The notes below the pieces were generated by a model, which was not told the origin of the DNA, did not search any database, and saw only the letters and a program-made list of their open reading frames with translations. DNA of 25,197 bases from a bacterium (GTDB taxonomy: Bacteria; Zhuqueibacterota; Zhuqueibacteria; Thermofontimicrobiales; Thermofontimicrobiaceae). Made by a program: the position numbers and the translations under genes. Positions 7,263 to 16,332 of the stretch are shown one piece after another; within the stretch, counting starts at the first letter, position 1, and each line of letters starts with the position of its first letter. Location: NCBI GenBank assembly GCA_025453735.1, contig JALOPY010000001.1:1-25197 (forward strand), written 5' to 3'.

Positions 7263-8805
7263 TTATATCGGAAAGCTCAGTTCGATGGATAATTGCAAAT
7301 ATTTTGTTTTATTTATATTGCTGATGATTGCTGGCTGCGCGGTGCAACAGCCTGTTATTCGGGAAGCGACAACTATAATAGCGAAAGTACCTCCCGGTGT
7401 TGATACTCTGACAGCAGTTATCGCTGACTCAATTTTCTCCCTGGTGGATGTCGCCGAAGAGGATGGACAAGAATCGAAACGATTATACGATATCGCGGAA
7501 CAAAGAAGCAGCCTGGCAGATTCTCTTTGGGAGGCAAGTGTCAGTGGATTCGAAACTGGACAGGATTCTGCTGCAGCGCTGCAGCAGATTTTGCACGCTG
7601 AAGAATTGTTTCAGGCCGACAAAGAATGGCTGAAACAAACCAGAAAAATGATGAAGAAGCAGGGACGTTTAACTCCGGCAGTTCTATCTCACATAAGTGA
7701 TCACTTATCTGTTCAAGCTGAAGGGTATTATGAAAGTGCGATCAAGAAAAATCGTTTTGATATCCGCTATCGACAAAAATATAGCAAATTTTTGAAAGAT
7801 TTATCTGTCAAATATAAAGATCAAAGCTATCTCTATCGGGCTGCCGATGAGCTGGAACGGGTCGTGTTCGTCGTCAAAGGCAATCATCAGCTTTTTTATG
7901 AATTGGGAGAAATTTATGTGCTGTTGGGGGATTGGAACAACGCGCATAAGAATTATGAATTAGCACAAACTGCATTGAAAAAAACAGCAATTTTTTCTGT
8001 TGCGGATCCAAAAACTTATTTTTTGAAGCTCAGTGAAGTTCCAGTCGATACAATGAGAATGGTTAATTATCTTAATAAGCAAGCCTGGTGCAAGACGAAG
8101 TTGTACGAAGCGCTGCCCGCTCTCTCGTTATACCGGGAAGCTTCAGGAATAACTCCAGATCCAGCCTGGAAGGACTATTTTGAATCACGGATAACATGGA
8201 TTTTGTGGGATGATGGAAATATTCGTGCGTCTGAGATAAAAGACCGAGCAGATTCCTTAAGCTCATTCTATCAAAAATATTCAGAATCAAAAACGGTATT
8301 TTTAGAACTGCTTCCAGTACTCTGGACGAAACGGACGAAAGATGAGATCAATTGGAAAATCGCTCAATTAGACTTCAGTTATTTAGACCATAAGTTTGAC
8401 GGCGTCGGGAGAATGTACCTGGTCATCAAACACACTGCCATGGATTCTATTACTGGTGCGCCAATCGACTCGACCTATAAACGGTATTTTGACAGCTATG
8501 GCACGATGTGTTTCAATTTGGGTTCTGAATATTATTATAAAGATAGGTTGATTGCTTATATGTATTTTATTCAGGCGGCAGAGACCAACTTTGATAAACG
8601 TGCCAAGGCGTTTTTACAGTTAGCTGATATATCCCAATTTGATCCATACGAAACGATCAACCTCTGCACGAAAACAATAGAAGTCGTCGATGACTTGAGC
8701 TTAGATGAGCGACAGGTTTTATATCGATTGCTTCATAGTTCCTACCGAAAATTGGGAGATTTTGAGAAAGCAAAAGAATGGTACGATCGCTGGAAAGCTT
8801 TATGA
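7252..8805 (+). CDS. TPR-repeat lipoprotein, WDxGN family paralogue 2
   Basis: Lipobox IAG-C (Cys codon 7336-7338); alternative start ATG 7285. TPR LFYELGEIYVLLGDWNNAHKNYELA and motif ILWDDGNIRASE. Confidence 0.82.
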   Translation: MRFNYIGKLSSMDNCKYFVLFILLMIAGCAVQQPVIREATTIIAKVPPGVDTLTAVIADSIFSLVDVAEEDGQESKRLYDIAEQRSSLADSLWEASVSGFETGQDSAAALQQILHAEELFQADKEWLKQTRKMMKKQGRLTPAVLSHISDHLSVQAEGYYESAIKKNRFDIRYRQKYSKFLKDLSVKYKDQSYLYRAADELERVVFVVKGNHQLFYELGEIYVLLGDWNNAHKNYELAQTALKKTAIFSVADPKTYFLKLSEVPVDTMRMVNYLNKQAWCKTKLYEALPALSLYREASGITPDPAWKDYFESRITWILWDDGNIRASEIKDRADSLSSFYQKYSESKTVFLELLPVLWTKRTKDEINWKIAQLDFSYLDHKFDGVGRMYLVIKHTAMDSITGAPIDSTYKRYFDSYGTMCFNLGSEYYYKDRLIAYMYFIQAAETNFDKRAKAFLQLADISQFDPYETINLCTKTIEVVDDLSLDERQVLYRLLHSSYRKLGDFEKAKEWYDRWKAL

Positions 8806-8841
8806 TTTCGGAACATGAAATTTGTATGAATTGAGGAGAAA

Positions 8842-10473
8842 ATGAGGATTCTGATAAAGACGATATTTTTATTGTACCTGGTGTTAACGATCATTGGCTG
8901 TTCGAACAATAAAAGCATGATTGATCAATCAATTATTAATTTTGAGCAAAAATCTTTTCAAATTCCCGCCGGAATTGATAGTGTGGTTGCCTATAACGCA
9001 AGAATAAAAGCTGACAAGCTTTTTGTCAGTGCCGATCGCGAACAACTATCAGATAGCCTGGTAACGTATTCTCGAGATTTTCTAAAAATTACTGAAGACT
9101 TGTACAGTGTTCTATTAGCAAAAAAAGAAAAGTTGGATAGTTACCGGCTTTCAGAAAAATATCTGAATTTAAAACCAGAAGAGCTTAAATCATTATCGCT
9201 CGAGGATAGCAAGAAACGAGAGCGAATTTTAGAAAAAGTATTTGACGATTCGATTACGATAACAATAGTGAACAGTCTCCTGGATTATTTTTTAAACCAT
9301 AGCAATGAGCTGCTCCAGCATGCGAATGAATTAAATCCTTTCAATTTGTCGGGATTACAGCTAGTGGCGATTAGCAGCGCAGATAGAGGTCAAATATTTG
9401 ATGATACGCTTGCTTATCGTCGCTCAATTGAGTACTTAAATAAATTTCTTACGCATGATCGAGGACAGTCGATAATTTATCGAAATATTGGTGAAAGCTA
9501 TTTTACATTGAAGGATTGGCAAAAAGCCTATAAATTCTTGAAGAAAGCAAAGGAAACTTTTGTTATCACATCGTTTTTTGAAGAGAAAAAAACGGAGCTG
9601 GCAGAAAAATATCAAAAAATGAATTTGCCGCCCAATGTCGATCCAGCAAAATATTTTGAATATCTCTATTGGAAAGGAAGAGCAGAAATAAAAGTCTATC
9701 AAGCTGATTCAGCATTGGCAACACTGAAACAGGCGCTTGCGCTTGCTCCCACGAAGAATCAGGAAGTTGACGTTATCAAGTTGATTGATGAATACATATT
9801 GTGGGACGGCGGAAATATTTATGCTGCTGAGCAACGAGATATTATCATTGATTCGCTCAATGCAAAGAATTTTGTTTGGGCAAAAAATGCATATTTGCAA
9901 TTGTTGCCAAAAGTAAAAACGAAAAAGGCGAAGGATAACATTACCTGGATGTTAGCTCGTGTTGAATATTACAGCCTGGATCAAATTGAAGAAGCCGGCG
10001 ATCGATTATATAATTTGGTAATTAATGCGGATACGAGCAAAATTAAATCGTCGATTTATAAAGCTCCGGAAGATTCATTATATAAGCGGTATTTCAGAGA
10101 TTGTGGAGAAATATTGTTCCGGCTGGGCAGCACGTTTCGCGATCAGGGATTGCAGGAAAAAGCAAGGATTTATTTCTCGAAAGACACGACCTTCGAATGG
10201 TCTGGCAGGGGGAAAGCTTTTCTGCCCCTGGCCCTGCTGGTTGATATTCCTGAAAATATTGATCCGGTAGAACGATTGAAAGCAAGAAATGAAAAAGCGA
10301 TAAAAATTTTGAATCGGGCAAAAATGTTTATCAAGGATTTTTCAGAGCAGGAAATTGATCAACTCTATCGCCCCTTGATAATGATTTATCAACAAACGTA
10401 TGACAGGGCAAATGCACAAAGAAGTTTCACTGAATGGAATGAGATCAAAGAGAGGATGAAACGAGGTTCATAA
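8842..10473 (+). CDS. TPR-repeat lipoprotein, WDxGN family paralogue 3
   Basis: SD GAGGAG just upstream, lipobox IIG-C, TPR IYRNIGESYFTLKDWQKAYKFLKKA and motif ILWDGGNIYAAE. Confidence 0.82.
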   Translation: MRILIKTIFLLYLVLTIIGCSNNKSMIDQSIINFEQKSFQIPAGIDSVVAYNARIKADKLFVSADREQLSDSLVTYSRDFLKITEDLYSVLLAKKEKLDSYRLSEKYLNLKPEELKSLSLEDSKKRERILEKVFDDSITITIVNSLLDYFLNHSNELLQHANELNPFNLSGLQLVAISSADRGQIFDDTLAYRRSIEYLNKFLTHDRGQSIIYRNIGESYFTLKDWQKAYKFLKKAKETFVITSFFEEKKTELAEKYQKMNLPPNVDPAKYFEYLYWKGRAEIKVYQADSALATLKQALALAPTKNQEVDVIKLIDEYILWDGGNIYAAEQRDIIIDSLNAKNFVWAKNAYLQLLPKVKTKKAKDNITWMLARVEYYSLDQIEEAGDRLYNLVINADTSKIKSSIYKAPEDSLYKRYFRDCGEILFRLGSTFRDQGLQEKARIYFSKDTTFEWSGRGKAFLPLALLVDIPENIDPVERLKARNEKAIKILNRAKMFIKDFSEQEIDQLYRPLIMIYQQTYDRANAQRSFTEWNEIKERMKRGS

Positions 10474-10566
10474 TTTGGAAAAATGAATTCAGTGGTCTAA
10501 GATCAAGACATAATTGCTATTCATTACATGTACATTGACGGTTATTAATGAGAAGGAAAAATTACT

Positions 10567-11259
10567 ATGAAACGAAGAAAATATATATTTGGCATGGTCG
10601 CGATTTCAATGTTTATCATGATAACGGCGAATACAGTTTTTGGACAACAAAATTTTATTTGGGATAAAGAGCTAGTCCAAAAAGTAACGATTACCGATCA
10701 AAGTGTCATTAAAAAATTAGTCTTTGAATTGTTTATTCCGGAGTCGGATATTACATTTATTGAAATTTTCGATGTCGATAAAAATGGGGCGGCGGAAGGG
10801 GATCTGCTGAAAGTTCATCCATCCCGAAATGTCTATCCGCTATATATGTTGTCACAAGATACTCGAGAAATATTGAGAAAAATACCGCATCCACCCAATT
10901 TAGAGGATGTCGGATTAACGATCAATATTAAGAATCCAGATGATGCAAAGGAGCGAATTTTGTTTATCCTGGCTTCAACGATAAAAGAATTGTATAGCCA
11001 GGATAAGCCATTGAAATTATATTTTGAACAGAATGAGGATGGCGTGTATAAATTCGATTTCTTTGGATTTAGCGAGGCGGATTTGAAAGATAAGGATATC
11101 GATCTTGGCAAAAATAGAAGTCAGCAAATCCACGATCTCTTGAAAGCGTTGTACAAAGAATTTAATGAGGAATTTGTAAGCTGGCAACCGACAGTGATTC
11201 ATGTTATAAAAACTGAGCGAGATACCCTGGTTGTGCCTGAAAAAATTTCAAAAAAATAA
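10567..11259 (+). CDS. Exported protein of unknown function with a DxDxNG putative Ca-binding loop
   Basis: AAGGA upstream, signal peptide ending TVFG-Q, DVDKNG loop; no other family recognised. Confidence 0.7.
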   Translation: MKRRKYIFGMVAISMFIMITANTVFGQQNFIWDKELVQKVTITDQSVIKKLVFELFIPESDITFIEIFDVDKNGAAEGDLLKVHPSRNVYPLYMLSQDTREILRKIPHPPNLEDVGLTINIKNPDDAKERILFILASTIKELYSQDKPLKLYFEQNEDGVYKFDFFGFSEADLKDKDIDLGKNRSQQIHDLLKALYKEFNEEFVSWQPTVIHVIKTERDTLVVPEKISKK

Positions 11260-11512
11260 TCTGCAGAAGCATGATTTTTTTTATGAAATAACAAATTCGT
11301 ATTTAGCTTTATTTGCCAGCAAAGGAAAGTAATTTTCAAAATCTCATTCCGGTTTTCTGATAATCTTATAAACTGATATTATTAAAGTTACAAATTTGAG
11401 AGGTTTGCCCGTAACGCAGGCCAATCGTTGCTAAAATGTCATGATCCCTGGTTATTTAGCAGGCAAGAAAATTAATCAGATAAACCAATTCAGAAATCCC
11501 TAAAAAAAAAGC

Positions 11513-11541
11513 TTGCATTTCTAAAGATATTTTATTAAACT
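11513..11541 (+). promoter_or_regulatory. sigma70-type promoter for the second TPR triplet
   Basis: TTGCAT (11513-11518), 17-nt spacer, TAAACT (11536-11541), preceded by an A9 UP-like tract (11502-11510), in the longest intergenic gap of the window. Confidence 0.62.
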
Positions 11542-11705
11542 TGTACTGCAATAAAAAAATAATGAAATTTCCCCCTGATCAAAAAAACCCAAAACCTGTG
11601 TTCTTTGATTTCGCATTAGTGTTTGAACCAAGTTATTTCTGCAAAATCTAATTTACTGATCAGCAACTATCAACATTTTTGGATATTGTAACTGGGGACT
11701 GCATC

Positions 11706-13190
11706 ATGGATAAGATCAGAAAAATTATGACGCCCTTCCTTTTCTTTAATTTCACTTTAATTGGGTGTATATTAAATAATATAGGACAATCAAAAGGCGC
11801 TTTATTATCAATGAATATGATTTCTTTGGATGGGAAGTTATCACCCAAAAGTGATCGCACTGCAATAAGTACCAACAAAGAAATCGAAGATACGATTCGA
11901 GAGATTAACCATTATTCTTTAAGTGATTCCTTATGGAAAATGTGGCGCGCGATTGAGGATTCTCAATTCGTTGTTGCAAAGGTCGATTCCATTCGATCGA
12001 TGAAAACATTTATCAAAGGGGTGAATCTGGCGAAAGAAGCATTTGATCTGATTAATGAATTAAAGCAACAAAATCTCGATACATTGTCTGTTAAAAAAAT
12101 AAAATTTACAGCCATTCTGTTGTTTGAAAAAGCTCGTGCGCATTTTGAAGAAACATTTAAACTGAATCCTTTCGATATTAGAACCCAAAATTATTTGATC
12201 TGGGTCTTTCAAAATCTGGCTGAGCTATACGATCATTGCGATAATAAACTTCGTGCGATAAATATGTTGGAATATCTAACGTATATTTTGAATGATGATC
12301 CGAAGCTTTACTATACGCTGGGACAGAAATATTTCAGTATTGGCAAATGGGAGCAATCCCTTGTAAATGTGCGTGCATCAATTGATCTCATTCTGGATGA
12401 TGATTGGAACAAGATTGATACGAATCAACTGTTTTGGCATTACTATCTGCGCGCCAGGGCAGAAATGCAACTGGAATTGATTCCGGAGGCTTTGTTATCG
12501 CTTAACTATGCGAAGCTTATTGCCCCATCTGAAAACGAGGCAGGAGAAGTCCAAAAAAAGATCGAATGGATTAATTGGGATGATGGCAACCTGAATGCGT
12601 CGCGAAAATCAGATACACTGGAAACCAGGCTGAATCAGGGCGCAAAAGATTACTCGATGATCAAACAAGAATATGTCGAATTACTCAGCCAGGTCAGAAC
12701 TGCAAAAGCAAAACAAGATATCAATTGGCGCATTGCTCAGCTCGAATTCAATTTTTTAAATGAAAAAGAGATTGCCATCGACCGGATGATGAAAATTGTA
12801 AATGCTACTGAGTTGGACTCTACGAGAAGCGCTGCCGATGTGAAATCTCAAAAATACATTGAAGATTACTGCTTAATGTCTTATGTTTTCGGATTGGATT
12901 ATCTGAGAAATCAGCATCTTAAAAAAGCTTTCGTTTACTTTTACCAATCCATCTCATTCTCGTGGAGCCGAATTGGAAAAGGCTATCTTCAATTGGCAAA
13001 ACTTGTTGCATTGGATAACAATGCAGTATTAAAATTTGCTGAGCAGGCTTTGATCTATCAAGATCAATTGACTGACGATGAACGAAATAGTTTATATCAA
13101 TTGTTTTATCAATCATACAAAAAATTGGGCAGATTTGATGATGCAGCAATCTGGCTGCAAAAATCAGTTAGTTTCTCGATGGGTGAGTGA
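11706..13190 (+). CDS. TPR-repeat (lipo)protein, WDxGN family paralogue 4
   Basis: Likely start ATG 11706 (GGGGA 11694-11698). Possible lipobox LIG-C, KLNPFDIR, TPR LYYTLGQKYFSIGKWEQS and motif INWDDGNLNASR. Confidence 0.8.
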   Translation: MDKIRKIMTPFLFFNFTLIGCILNNIGQSKGALLSMNMISLDGKLSPKSDRTAISTNKEIEDTIREINHYSLSDSLWKMWRAIEDSQFVVAKVDSIRSMKTFIKGVNLAKEAFDLINELKQQNLDTLSVKKIKFTAILLFEKARAHFEETFKLNPFDIRTQNYLIWVFQNLAELYDHCDNKLRAINMLEYLTYILNDDPKLYYTLGQKYFSIGKWEQSLVNVRASIDLILDDDWNKIDTNQLFWHYYLRARAEMQLELIPEALLSLNYAKLIAPSENEAGEVQKKIEWINWDDGNLNASRKSDTLETRLNQGAKDYSMIKQEYVELLSQVRTAKAKQDINWRIAQLEFNFLNEKEIAIDRMMKIVNATELDSTRSAADVKSQKYIEDYCLMSYVFGLDYLRNQHLKKAFVYFYQSISFSWSRIGKGYLQLAKLVALDNNAVLKFAEQALIYQDQLTDDERNSLYQLFYQSYKKLGRFDDAAIWLQKSVSFSMGE

Positions 13191-14689
13191 TGGGAATTAA
13201 ATTCTATCCATTTTTAATTATTTGTTTATTTCTATCTGTAATTTCTTGTTCGCTAAATAAATCATTAAGAAAGGATCAGCTTTCCAAGCTACCTTCTCCT
13301 AAAGATGATTATTATCCGGGAGTTGATAGTACGGTGGTCAAAAATGCCAATGAAATTGCTGATCGAATGTTTGTTGACTATGACAGGCGAAACCAGTCTA
13401 GCGCCTACCACAACAGCGCGAAAACATCATTTCAAATCGCCGATTCGATCTGGAATTGTCATAAACACAAAACCTATCCTGATTCGATTCTTTTGAAATT
13501 ATTTTTAAGCTGGCAACGAGGGCGCGACAACGATTCAAAGCAAAATGATAATTCAATTCCTGGCAGAATGATTCGACCCAATGAATCATCATTGCATATC
13601 TTGCATCAAGCGGAGAAAGACGCCAATCAAGCCAAGCTCATCAATCCATTCGACCTCGATATTCGATCCTTATTAATTAATATTTATTCACGAATGGGTG
13701 AGATCAGTGGCAATTTAAATTTTTATACGAAAGCCATTGAGGAACTGAAAAATTTATTACAGGTAGATAAAAGCAATCCTTATATATATGAACGATTAGC
13801 TGAATGCTATTTTGCATTGCAAGATTGGGAGAATTGCTATCAATGTTTTGATAAAGCCGAGCAAGTCCTGCTGATCGTTGCAAAATTCAAAAACAGCAAA
13901 AATAATCCTTCCAGCGCTTCGGTTGACACGGCTCGCTGGGTTTATTATCTGCAAGGAAAAGGCGAAGCGCAAGCCAAACTCTACGATTCAGCTCTTGCAA
14001 TAACCTACCTGACCAGAGCAAAGCAGATGACACATTCGGCGTCGAATGCACAGCAGTTGCAGAATTATTTAAACTGGATCGAATGGGATGGAGGCAATTT
14101 GAAAGCTTCTGAGCTTCGGGACGAGGCTCAGCATGTTGAACAAGCTGGCGAATACAAAAAAGCGCACAGCAAATATTTACAGCTATTAGGAATCCTTACA
14201 ACCCAACAAGCAAAGAATGAAATTGATTGGAAAGTTGCTTCGATTGATTTCAATCATTTGAGTGAAAAATTGGAAGCGATCGAAAGGATGTTCCAGGTCA
14301 TTCAAAGTATTCAAAAGTCTGGCAACTCGCATGAATTGAATGATGTCTATTTGCAAGATTATGCAGCGATGTGTTATTCTATCGGGGTTGACTATTATAA
14401 TAAGCATAACTATCGTTTCGCTTACATCTATATTAATCAGGCAGCACAATTTGAATGGGAACATCGCGGTGATTGTTATCTGCAATTAGCCATGCTGTCA
14501 GAAGTGAATCCACACGAGAGCATTCAGTTTTGTCAGAAAGCATTGGCGTATTCGAAACAATTATCCGATGAAAGTCAAAACAAGATTCAAAAAATGTTGA
14601 CCGTTTCATTCATTCGATTGGGGGAGTTCGATCTGGCGCAAAATTATTATCAGAAATTTTTAAATTCCAAATCATCACCAAACAATTAG
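13190..14689 (+). CDS. TPR-repeat lipoprotein, WDxGN family paralogue 5
   Basis: ATG 13190 overlaps the upstream TGA (the track starts at GTG 13187). Lipobox VIS-C, LINPFDLD, TPR IYERLAECYFALQDWENCY and motif IEWDGGNLKASE. Confidence 0.82.
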   Translation: MGIKFYPFLIICLFLSVISCSLNKSLRKDQLSKLPSPKDDYYPGVDSTVVKNANEIADRMFVDYDRRNQSSAYHNSAKTSFQIADSIWNCHKHKTYPDSILLKLFLSWQRGRDNDSKQNDNSIPGRMIRPNESSLHILHQAEKDANQAKLINPFDLDIRSLLINIYSRMGEISGNLNFYTKAIEELKNLLQVDKSNPYIYERLAECYFALQDWENCYQCFDKAEQVLLIVAKFKNSKNNPSSASVDTARWVYYLQGKGEAQAKLYDSALAITYLTRAKQMTHSASNAQQLQNYLNWIEWDGGNLKASELRDEAQHVEQAGEYKKAHSKYLQLLGILTTQQAKNEIDWKVASIDFNHLSEKLEAIERMFQVIQSIQKSGNSHELNDVYLQDYAAMCYSIGVDYYNKHNYRFAYIYINQAAQFEWEHRGDCYLQLAMLSEVNPHESIQFCQKALAYSKQLSDESQNKIQKMLTVSFIRLGEFDLAQNYYQKFLNSKSSPNN

Positions 14690-14696
14690 TTCAGCT

Positions 14697-16172
14697 ATGA
14701 AAACTCGGCAGCATAATCATATCATTTCTCTAATCATTCTCCTCTATATTATTTTGATTTCATGCAACCGTTCGAGCTATCGATTGCCCGTCTTTCGAAC
14801 GCATAACGATTCTCCCGTCGGAGTGGATAGCCTGATTATTGCAGATTCAGATTCAGTCATAAAATTTCTATTTGTTGATTTCGCGAGCGAGCGCAAAGCA
14901 AGTGACCTTGCCCGAGAAGCACAGACTGAATTAAGTTTAGCAGATTCTGTCTGGCAATTAATAAAAACGGATAGCGACAGTACGAAACGATTCATAATTT
15001 CGACTACTGATACTATCGCTAAATCACAAGTCGAATATAATATTGCAGTAAAAAAAATTATTAGTGGATTAGAGATTGCTGAGCGCCGGTTTCAACAATC
15101 GATTAAATTGAATCCCTTTCTCCTGAGCTCAAAAGATGGCCTTGCGCAAACGTATATTTTGTGGGCACAAATCGAAAAACCCCTGTTTTATTTTGAGAAA
15201 GCCGCAGCAGTACTTGCCAAATTAGTGCAAAATGAAAAGAGCGAACATATTCTATGCTACCGATTGGGAGAATGTTATTTTCAACTGGGAAAATGGGAAC
15301 AGGCTTTTTCAAATTATCATCAAGCTGAAAAGATTTTTATTGGTACAAAAGCATTCTCGAACGGTGGTCTGTTTGAAAATAAACCTGAAGATTATCATAA
15401 AAATGATCTGTTATTCAATTACTTATACTCTCAAGCTGTGTGCCTGGCACGAATGTATAAATCGCCGGAAGCATTGATAATTATCAACCAGGCAAGAGAT
15501 ATGGCGCCAAATGATTCGTTAAGAAATATTGCAGAACGATTTGAAGACTGGATCAATTGGGATAAAGGAAATATCTATACGGCAGAACAAAAGAATCAAA
15601 TATTAAAATTAATCAATGAAAAAAATTACCAGGATGCATCCATAAAATTTGATTCCCTGAAAAATCAATTATCTGACCCATTGGCAATCGTGGAAATCGA
15701 ATGGCGCATTGCCGGGCTTGAGTTCAGATATTTAAATAAAAAAGAACAGGCGTGTGAACGTTTATTGACTATCATCGAGAAAAGCCATAATTTTTCCAAT
15801 CATCCCAATCACTCAATTATCGATTTTAGCACCTACTTAAATGATTGCGGAGTCATGCATTATCATTTAGGCATGGAATTCATCGAAAAAACAGATTACA
15901 AACAAGCGCAGAAATATTTGGAGCAAGGCGCAAAAATTGATTGGTATGGCAATTACAAGTGCCAATTAGAATTGGCAAAACTGAATCGTCATGATCCGCA
16001 AATCTCATTATCGCTGATCGAAAAAGTCTTAACAACAGAATCTGCTTTGACAGAAGTTGAAAAATTAACCGCTCTTGAAATTAAATTAGGAGCTTTGAAA
16101 AAATTAGGTCCCCAGCATCGAATTGAAGCGAAGCACGTTTATAATCAGATCCGTGAGCTCCAGAACAAATAG
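14697..16172 (+). CDS. TPR-repeat lipoprotein, WDxGN family paralogue 6
   Basis: Lipobox LIS-C, KLNPFLL, TPR LCYRLGECYFQLGKWEQAFSNYHQA and motif INWDKGNIYTAE. Confidence 0.82.
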   Translation: MKTRQHNHIISLIILLYIILISCNRSSYRLPVFRTHNDSPVGVDSLIIADSDSVIKFLFVDFASERKASDLAREAQTELSLADSVWQLIKTDSDSTKRFIISTTDTIAKSQVEYNIAVKKIISGLEIAERRFQQSIKLNPFLLSSKDGLAQTYILWAQIEKPLFYFEKAAAVLAKLVQNEKSEHILCYRLGECYFQLGKWEQAFSNYHQAEKIFIGTKAFSNGGLFENKPEDYHKNDLLFNYLYSQAVCLARMYKSPEALIIINQARDMAPNDSLRNIAERFEDWINWDKGNIYTAEQKNQILKLINEKNYQDASIKFDSLKNQLSDPLAIVEIEWRIAGLEFRYLNKKEQACERLLTIIEKSHNFSNHPNHSIIDFSTYLNDCGVMHYHLGMEFIEKTDYKQAQKYLEQGAKIDWYGNYKCQLELAKLNRHDPQISLSLIEKVLTTESALTEVEKLTALEIKLGALKKLGPQHRIEAKHVYNQIRELQNK

Positions 16173-16211
16173 ATGCCGCAGAACAATTGCTCCCGTCTTA
16201 AAAAATCCTAT

Positions 16212-16238
16212 GAACTTTTTAAAATTTCAATCGTCTAA
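16212..16238 (+). promoter_or_regulatory. ECF sigmaE (RpoE/AlgU)-type promoter
   Basis: GAACTT (16212-16217), 16-nt spacer, TCTAA (16234-16238); matches the RpoE/AlgU consensus, about 95 nt upstream of the lipoprotein start. Confidence 0.62.
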
Positions 16239-16332
16239 GATAATAGTTGAGAAATAATTGGAGATAAGTTAATTATAATCCATTTAATTAACCATGCTTC
16301 TAATCCCTTTAAAATTAAGTGAGGTGATTCTG

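Noticed and set aside
11251-11282. Possible terminator after the 10567 gene
   Set aside because: The stem is only 7 bp with a bulge and 3 G-C pairs; too weak to call despite the T8 run.
5892-16172. TPR array as a DGR target set, CRISPR-like array or recent tandem duplication
   Set aside because: No reverse transcriptase, no near-identical DNA repeats and no repeat-spacer structure; similarity is visible only at the protein level.
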